From: a bacterium
Lineage (GTDB): Bacteria > Patescibacteriota > Patescibacteriia > JACQSD01
Length of the DNA: 42,936 bases
Assembly: GCA_030648795.1 (NCBI GenBank)
Contig: JAUSHC010000022.1
Location: 1 to 42,936 of the forward strand
Reading direction: 5' to 3'
Each line of letters begins with the position of its first letter. Position 1 is the first letter of the stretch. This document shows positions 37,173-42,936 of this stretch, piece by piece. Under the pieces are notes generated by a model. The model did no database searches. It saw nothing but the letters and a program-made list of their open reading frames with translations, and was not told where the DNA came from. The translations under genes were made by a program, and so were the position numbers.

Positions 37173-37519
37173 ACAAATTCTATTTGAACAATTTCTGCCG
37201 CATCTCCGACGCGTCGTCCGATTTTTATAATCCGCGTATACCCTCCATTGCGGCTTGTATAACGAGGACCGAAAACTTCAAACATTTTTCGTACGGCATT
37301 CGGATGCGCGAGCATCGTCAATAACCGACGCCGTGCGGTGAGTGTCTGCGTTTTCGCGAGTGTCACGCAACGCTCAACAATCGGCTGCACCGCCTTTGCT
37401 TTCGCGCGAGTCGTCTTCACTTTTTCATACAGCACAACACTCGTCGCAAGGTTTCGAAGAAGCGCTTTGCGCGGACCTACTTTTCTATCAAGGGTAACTT
37501 TTTTCTTTTGATGTCGCAT
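37169..37519 (-). CDS. rplQ: 50S ribosomal protein L17 (mirror copy)
   Basis: Mirror of 5418-5768. Confidence 0.9.
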   Translation of the reverse strand: MRHQKKKVTLDRKVGPRKALLRNLATSVVLYEKVKTTRAKAKAVQPIVERCVTLAKTQTLTARRRLLTMLAHPNAVRKMFEVFGPRYTSRNGGYTRIIKIGRRVGDAAEIVQIEFV

Positions 37520-37527
37520 AAAAATTA

Positions 37528-38349
37528 TTACTCTACTTCTTCCTTCTTTTTCTTTTCTTTCTTCTGTTCGTCATTTTCCACTTCAGTCTTTTCTTCTATT
37601 ACTTCCGCTACTCCAGAAACAAGAACGGGTTCAGATTCTTTTTGTATATCCAAAGGAGCGTTCGCGAGTGAAGTAAGCAACGAAAAATGATCAATCAAAA
37701 TTTTCGCTGATTGTTCAACCGCTTCTTGCCCGGAAATCGTCCCGTCCGTTTCAACAGTAAGCGTTAAACGATCGTAGTTCGTCATTTGTCCCACACGAAC
37801 ATGGTCCACACGGAAACCGACATTGCGAATCGGTGTATAAAGCGCATCAACCGCGAGAAGCCCGATTTCGGATACTCGATTTTCTCGAGATTCAATCGCA
37901 TCGTACCCGCGTCCCCGTCCTACAATAAGTTCCATCTCAAATGCTGCGTCCTTATCCGTAAGCGTCGCCAAGTGTAATTTTGGATTCGCAATTTCCACTT
38001 GCGCATCTTTTTCAATATCTCCCGCAGTTACATTTTTCTCTCCACTCACCTTCAACATAAGACGCACCGGCTCATCGGAAAAAACCTTCAAACGAAGCTG
38101 CTTTAAATTCAAAAGAATTTCCACGACATCTTCCTTTACTCCCGGCAATGTTGAAAATTCATGCGAAGCGCCTTTAATCTTCGCGTCGGTCACTGCGGCG
38201 CCCGGAAGGGATGACAATAACACGCGACGCAGTGCGTTTCCAAGCGTCGTTCCAAAACCTGCTTCACACGGCTCAACAATCAACTGTCCTTCCGTCGGTT
38301 TCTTCCCGGCTTCAAAAAAAATTTTTGTTGGAAGATGCAATTGAGGCAT
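37528..38349 (-). CDS. rpoA: RNA polymerase alpha subunit (mirror copy)
   Basis: Mirror of 4588-5409. Confidence 0.9.
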   Translation of the reverse strand: MPQLHLPTKIFFEAGKKPTEGQLIVEPCEAGFGTTLGNALRRVLLSSLPGAAVTDAKIKGASHEFSTLPGVKEDVVEILLNLKQLRLKVFSDEPVRLMLKVSGEKNVTAGDIEKDAQVEIANPKLHLATLTDKDAAFEMELIVGRGRGYDAIESRENRVSEIGLLAVDALYTPIRNVGFRVDHVRVGQMTNYDRLTLTVETDGTISGQEAVEQSAKILIDHFSLLTSLANAPLDIQKESEPVLVSGVAEVIEEKTEVENDEQKKEKKKKEEVE

Positions 38350-38364
38350 AAAAAATATAAAAAA

Positions 38365-38943
38365 TTATCGAGAATATAACTCAATAATAAGACGCATATT
38401 TAAACGTTCAGGGAGTTTTTCGACCGTTGGTGCACCGACCACCTTCCCAAACTGACCTTCTTTATCAAGTGATAACCACGCAGGGACTTCGCGTTTTTCA
38501 ACTTCTTTCAAATTTACGAAACGGATTATATCATCGGTCGTTACTGCATATGAAGGACGATCAAGGCGATGATCATTCACCAATACATGTCCATGCACAA
38601 TCGCTTGACGTGCTGCGTTACGCGTTTTTGTAAGACCAAGACGATACACAACATTATCCAATCGGCGTTCAAGGTACTGCGCTAAATACACGCTCGTATC
38701 ACCCGTCTTTCGTACGGCGTTTGTGTAATACCGCTTAAATTGACGCTCTAAAATGCCATAAATATATTTTGCCTTCTGTTTCTCCAAAAGTTGCGTACCG
38801 TATTCCGTACGCTTTTGTCCACCCTTCGGTCCATGCACACCTGGCGGATAATTGCGACGCGTCACAGGACACTTTACTGTAGAGCAAAGTTTTTCACCAA
38901 CGCGACGACAGAGTTTATGTTTTGGACCAAGTTTTCGAGCCAT
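38365..38943 (-). CDS. rpsD: 30S ribosomal protein S4 (mirror copy)
   Basis: Mirror of 3994-4572. Confidence 0.9.
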   Translation of the reverse strand: MARKLGPKHKLCRRVGEKLCSTVKCPVTRRNYPPGVHGPKGGQKRTEYGTQLLEKQKAKYIYGILERQFKRYYTNAVRKTGDTSVYLAQYLERRLDNVVYRLGLTKTRNAARQAIVHGHVLVNDHRLDRPSYAVTTDDIIRFVNLKEVEKREVPAWLSLDKEGQFGKVVGAPTVEKLPERLNMRLIIELYSR

Positions 38944-38957
38944 ACGATGATTTCAAA

Positions 38958-39404
38958 TTATACTCTTCGCACTTTCGGCGGCCGACATCCATTATGCGGA
39001 ATCGGCGTCATATCTTGAATGGAAATGACAACCAGACCCTGTGTGTTTAATGCGCGTACTGCAGCTTCTCGACCAGAACCAATACCTTTAATACTTACTT
39101 CCACTTCTTGCAATCCATAGGGACGAATGCGTTGCGCCGCATCACGAACGACAATACCCGCGGCATATGCGGTAGACTTCTTCGGTCCTTTAAAACCGCA
39201 TTTTCCTGCTGAAGACCACGCAAGCACATTTCCCTGTGTATCAGTAAAAGTTACAATGGTATTATTGTAGCTTGCTTGTATGTACGCACGTCCCTGCGGC
39301 ACAGATCGATATTCTTTTTTAGGACCACGCGCAACTTTGGATTTCTCATCTTCCGTCGCTGGCGTTTCAGCCGTTCCCATTATTTTGTCTATTTCGTCAA
39401 CCAT
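38958..39404 (-). CDS. rpsK: 30S ribosomal protein S11 (mirror copy)
   Basis: Mirror of 3533-3979. Confidence 0.9.
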   Translation of the reverse strand: MVDEIDKIMGTAETPATEDEKSKVARGPKKEYRSVPQGRAYIQASYNNTIVTFTDTQGNVLAWSSAGKCGFKGPKKSTAYAAGIVVRDAAQRIRPYGLQEVEVSIKGIGSGREAAVRALNTQGLVVISIQDMTPIPHNGCRPPKVRRV

Positions 39405-39416
39405 ATGCAAAAAATA

Positions 39417-39803
39417 TTATGTTTTCTCTGACGCTGATTTTCTTCCGCTCCCTACGGTCTTTCGAACATTCCCTCTCCGTGTACGCGAATTCGTTTTCGT
39501 CCGTTGCCCACGTACCGGAAGCCCACGCTCATGCCGAATGCCTCGATAGGAATGAATCTCGCGCAGTCGCTTGATATTAGAAAGAATGTCGCGACGAAGA
39601 TCTCCTTCCACACGATGACCTCGTACTGCCTCATTTAATTTCTGAATTTGATCCTCTTGCAAATCCTTCGCACGAATATTGCCATCAACACCCGCAGTAA
39701 TAAGAATACTTTTTGCATTCGTCGGTCCAACACCATAAATATATCGAAGAGCAAATTCGATTTTCTTGTTCACGGGGAGATTGGTTCCTGCAATGCGCGC
39801 CAT
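39417..39803 (-). CDS. rpsM: 30S ribosomal protein S13 (mirror copy)
   Basis: Mirror of 3134-3520. Confidence 0.9.
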   Translation of the reverse strand: MARIAGTNLPVNKKIEFALRYIYGVGPTNAKSILITAGVDGNIRAKDLQEDQIQKLNEAVRGHRVEGDLRRDILSNIKRLREIHSYRGIRHERGLPVRGQRTKTNSRTRRGNVRKTVGSGRKSASEKT

Positions 39804-39809
39804 ATAATA

Positions 39810-39926
39810 TTATCCTTGTCGTTGTTTATGCTTTGGGTTTTTCTTACAAATCACAAAAAGATATCGCCCTCGTCGAGCAATCTTACATTCTTTACAAATC
39901 GGTTTTACGGATGATCGAACTTTCAT
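39810..39926 (-). CDS. rpmJ: 50S ribosomal protein L36 (mirror copy)
   Basis: Mirror of 3011-3127. Confidence 0.9.
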   Translation of the reverse strand: MKVRSSVKPICKECKIARRGRYLFVICKKNPKHKQRQG

Positions 39927-40159
39927 TAGTAGCGATAAATAATACGACCCTTCGTCAGGTCGTACGGTGTCATTTGCACTTTTACTTTATCCCCAAGAAG
40001 TAAACGAATTCTGTTCATGCGCATTCTTCCTGCAAGATGACACAGAATCACATGCCCATTCACAAGACGAACACGAAATGAGGTAGCGGGCAATAGCTCC
40101 GTAACCTCACCGTCCATATCAAGAAAATCCTTGCCTCCAACTGACTGTTTATTGTCCAC
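39926..40159 (-). CDS. infA: Translation initiation factor IF-1 (mirror copy)
   Basis: Mirror of 2778-3011. Confidence 0.9.
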   Translation of the reverse strand: MDNKQSVGGKDFLDMDGEVTELLPATSFRVRLVNGHVILCHLAGRMRMNRIRLLLGDKVKVQMTPYDLTKGRIIYRY

Positions 40160-40305
40160 TTTTTTGCTAAGGTAAAAGAAAATTTACTACCCCAGATAAT
40201 CGTTTTGGAGTAGCAATTTTATTTTTCTTGGTTTCTTCTTCTAAATGAGTTTTCCACTTACAATGTATTGTAAATAAGAATGAAAATAATGTCAAATAGG
40301 GGTAT

Positions 40306-41271
40306 TCATAGCCCCATGATAACTTCAGCAATTTTCTTAGAATCATGGCGGAATATACTGCGAGTAATTCTGTCAGCTGCGTGTTGTGCAACCGGTGTAG
40401 GATCCAAAAGAGGCATCCCAATGATCCGCGAATCCTTCACTAATGACGCGGTGGGATGTATGGGGTCACCAATGTTTTTCATTGTAGATGGCAAAGGACT
40501 TGTATTATATATAATGTGATCAAAAATATCTTTACCAAGCACCATAGAAAGACGCTGCAAGAAATCATCGAGCGTAAAATGATCGGTATGTCCGTTCTGC
40601 GTCATACAGTTCGCGATATACACTTTTTTCGCTTTTGAAGCGCGTAATGTCTCCGGCATGTCAGACACCAACAACGATGGCATAATGCTCGAGAAAAAAT
40701 TTCCCGACCCAATAATAATCATATCTGCTTCCATTATTGCCACGCGCGCCTCCGGAAGTAATGACGAAGCGGGAGTAAGGCGCAACTGTTGCAACGATGT
40801 TACGATCTCTTTCGATGTCGTAATATGTTCTTCACCAGAAAGAACACGTCCGTCTTTCAAATACGCGTGCAACATTGTCGGCTGGAGAGTTACCGGAAGA
40901 ACTCTTCCGCGCACACTAAGCATTGTCCCCACGATAGAAAGCGACTGCACAAAATCGTGCGTCCTCTGAAATACCGATGCAATCAGAAGATTACCAATAG
41001 GATGACCGGCAAAAGATCCGTCGTGGAAACGCTCATGCATATACGATGCAAGAACGTTCGAAGAGTCCGCGAGCGCCACGAGACACTGCCGCGCATCTCC
41101 CGGTGGAATCATGTTGTACTCTACCCGAAGAATTCCCGACGATCCCCCGTCGTCTGCAGTCGTAAGAATTGCGCAACAATCAACGGGATATTCTTTCAAT
41201 CCACGCAAAACGGCGGCAGTACCCGTTCCGCCACCGATGACAACAATTTTCTTCATGCTCGTTGCATTCAT
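40306..41271 (-). CDS. yvcK: YvcK family protein (mirror copy)
   Basis: Mirror of 1666-2631. Confidence 0.83.
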   Translation of the reverse strand: MNATSMKKIVVIGGGTGTAAVLRGLKEYPVDCCAILTTADDGGSSGILRVEYNMIPPGDARQCLVALADSSNVLASYMHERFHDGSFAGHPIGNLLIASVFQRTHDFVQSLSIVGTMLSVRGRVLPVTLQPTMLHAYLKDGRVLSGEEHITTSKEIVTSLQQLRLTPASSLLPEARVAIMEADMIIIGSGNFFSSIMPSLLVSDMPETLRASKAKKVYIANCMTQNGHTDHFTLDDFLQRLSMVLGKDIFDHIIYNTSPLPSTMKNIGDPIHPTASLVKDSRIIGMPLLDPTPVAQHAADRITRSIFRHDSKKIAEVIMGL

Positions 41272-41990
41272 TCTACCGTTGATAGATCTTTTGTCGCATC
41301 ATCAAGAAAATCACGTGCATCATCCATGGTAAGAGATTTCACCACTTGCTTCCATGCTACGCGCTCATTTTTTATAATTTGCAATCGTTGCGCTTTCGTT
41401 CGCGCGTTATTGAATTTCTGTTTATTGAGTTCCGATACCACAATGAACTGGATACCTGCGCGCCCGTCAATCGTGTCATGCTCTTTCAGAAAATCCTCGA
41501 CACGTTCGTTTAAATCATAGAAACGAAACTTTACAAGGGTGTAAACTTTTTGCTGAAGCGATGCAAGACATGCGAGGCGATCCTTTCGCACCTTTTTCAC
41601 TTCGCATGATTTTCTTTCAGCTGCACGATCGTCGGGAAGTCCAATAACCTCGCGCGCGCACGCTGTTCGTTCATCGCCAACCGGATTTTCCCAACACGAT
41701 TGCAGATCCTTGTATCGCGCGACACAGTCTCCTTGTGCTTTTTTCGCACGAACTGCTCGACACTCCTCCGGCAAATATTGTTTTGCGTATTCGGCGACAA
41801 GATCCTGCTGCGAAAGTCCAAGACGACACTCCACACGCTGTTTTAAAAGAGGCAACGTATAACAAAAATGCGTACGCAGCGGAGGCAATACAACCTTTTT
41901 TTCTGGAACCGTTCCCCCACCCCCCGCGCCCGCGGCAAAAACAAAAACGGGGAGCATGAGCCCGATGGAAAACAAAAGAAGTTTTTTCAT
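41268..41990 (-). CDS. Secreted Cys-rich hypothetical protein (mirror copy)
   Basis: Mirror of 947-1669. Confidence 0.7.
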   Translation of the reverse strand: MKKLLLFSIGLMLPVFVFAAGAGGGGTVPEKKVVLPPLRTHFCYTLPLLKQRVECRLGLSQQDLVAEYAKQYLPEECRAVRAKKAQGDCVARYKDLQSCWENPVGDERTACAREVIGLPDDRAAERKSCEVKKVRKDRLACLASLQQKVYTLVKFRFYDLNERVEDFLKEHDTIDGRAGIQFIVVSELNKQKFNNARTKAQRLQIIKNERVAWKQVVKSLTMDDARDFLDDATKDLSTVE

Positions 41991-42003
41991 AAAATAACCA
42001 TTT

Positions 42004-42936
42004 TTAGCGCTTAAACAATGTGCGTGCGGCATCCCACAGCATAGCATCGTTCTGCGTTTCTTTCAACCAGTACCAATACTCCACGCCCCACAAATACTGT
42101 TCAGAAATTCCCGTGCGTCGAGCAAAATCCACGTTGGCAAAAAATTGTTTTACATCAAGTGACTTTTTATACTCACCGGGTGCGAGTGCAAGCAACCCAT
42201 CCGGCGCCCATGGCTCCGCTTGTAACTCCGCGCCGATCATATGGTCAATGGATTTACCAACGAGTAATGCTTTCCATCGATAAAATACCGGTGGAAAAAT
42301 GTACGTGTATCGCCAGTAACCGATGGACTTATTCCAGACTACACGATACATGGTCGTGCCAAGATAATCGCCAAACGGCGCGGGCTTCCGCCATGTGGAA
42401 AGTTCACCGGAATCCGTGACGAGAATTTGACGAGCATCAAGACTGCGTACGAGTGCAACTTCTTTTGCAAATGATTCTTTCGTGCCTTTCGGACACTCGC
42501 CGAAAAGCGAAAGGAAATATTCATTCTCCACCTGCCACATCGCGATCAATGTATTCTTTTTATATCGCTCAACAACTGCGGTAATAAAAGCAGACAATTT
42601 TTGTTCAGCGACATCTCCTTCTTCGTTTTTCAGCCAAGACGGATCATGGCACTCGGGCCAACGAGGCAAACGACGCCCTACCGCAAGAATAATGCGCACA
42701 TTACGTTTCGTTGCTTCGGCGACCTGCCAATCGAGAGCAGTAAAATCATATTTCCCCTGCTCGCGTTCAATTTCATTCCAATAGGCGGAGAGTCGCACTG
42801 CGCGCACGCCCAGATCATCAAACATCGCGAGATACGCCTGTTTCCAATCCAGTCCAAGATACTGCGCCTGCGCTTTTGAAAACGTCACGCCCCACGTCGG
42901 CTCACGGCCGTTACTGTAATCATTGTTCGCGAGCGA
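42004..42936 (-). CDS. GH-A glycoside hydrolase, partial (mirror copy)
   Basis: Mirror of 1-933. Confidence 0.75.
   Translation of the reverse strand, partial: SLANNDYSNGREPTWGVTFSKAQAQYLGLDWKQAYLAMFDDLGVRAVRLSAYWNEIEREQGKYDFTALDWQVAEATKRNVRIILAVGRRLPRWPECHDPSWLKNEEGDVAEQKLSAFITAVVERYKKNTLIAMWQVENEYFLSLFGECPKGTKESFAKEVALVRSLDARQILVTDSGELSTWRKPAPFGDYLGTTMYRVVWNKSIGYWRYTYIFPPVFYRWKALLVGKSIDHMIGAELQAEPWAPDGLLALAPGEYKKSLDVKQFFANVDFARRTGISEQYLWGVEYWYWLKETQNDAMLWDAARTLFKR

Larger units (their letters stand above)
1..42936. repeat. Whole-window perfect inverted duplication (arms 1-21468 and 21469-42936, no spacer); probable assembly or amplification fold-back
   Basis: Window starts tcgctcgcgaac and ends gttcgcgagcga; every ORF has an identical mirror at 42937-x; centre cccttgca|tgcaaggg. 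Confidence 0.98.

Noticed and set aside
21469-42936. Real second copy of the ribosomal operon and glycan cluster
   Set aside because: Identical, symmetric to both window ends and centred mid-gene; better explained as fold-back, so mirror elements were not counted as independent copies.

Overview
The window is one perfect palindrome: 21469-42936 is the reverse complement of 1-21468 (every ORF has an identical mirror at 42937-x; centre ...cccttgca|tgcaaggg..., no spacer), so only about 21.5 kb is unique and the mirror is most likely an assembly or amplification fold-back. The unique half looks like a Patescibacteria (CPR) chromosome segment (inference from short L13, SD-less AT-rich starts and gene content). 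It carries a GH-A hydrolase, a secreted Cys-rich protein, yvcK, the infA-rpmJ-rpsM-rpsK-rpsD-rpoA-rplQ-rplM-rpsI operon (RpoA lacks its C-terminal domain), an ABC exporter, YwbE, and a surface-glycan cluster (flippase, six glycosyltransferases, UDP-glucuronate decarboxylase, PAP2-LssY, CorA, DUF2304, a 22-aa repeat protein). The most notable biology is several families of miniature palindromic or heptamer-repeat elements that sit in frame in five of the six glycosyltransferase genes or at gene ends. One of them lies exactly at the fold point.
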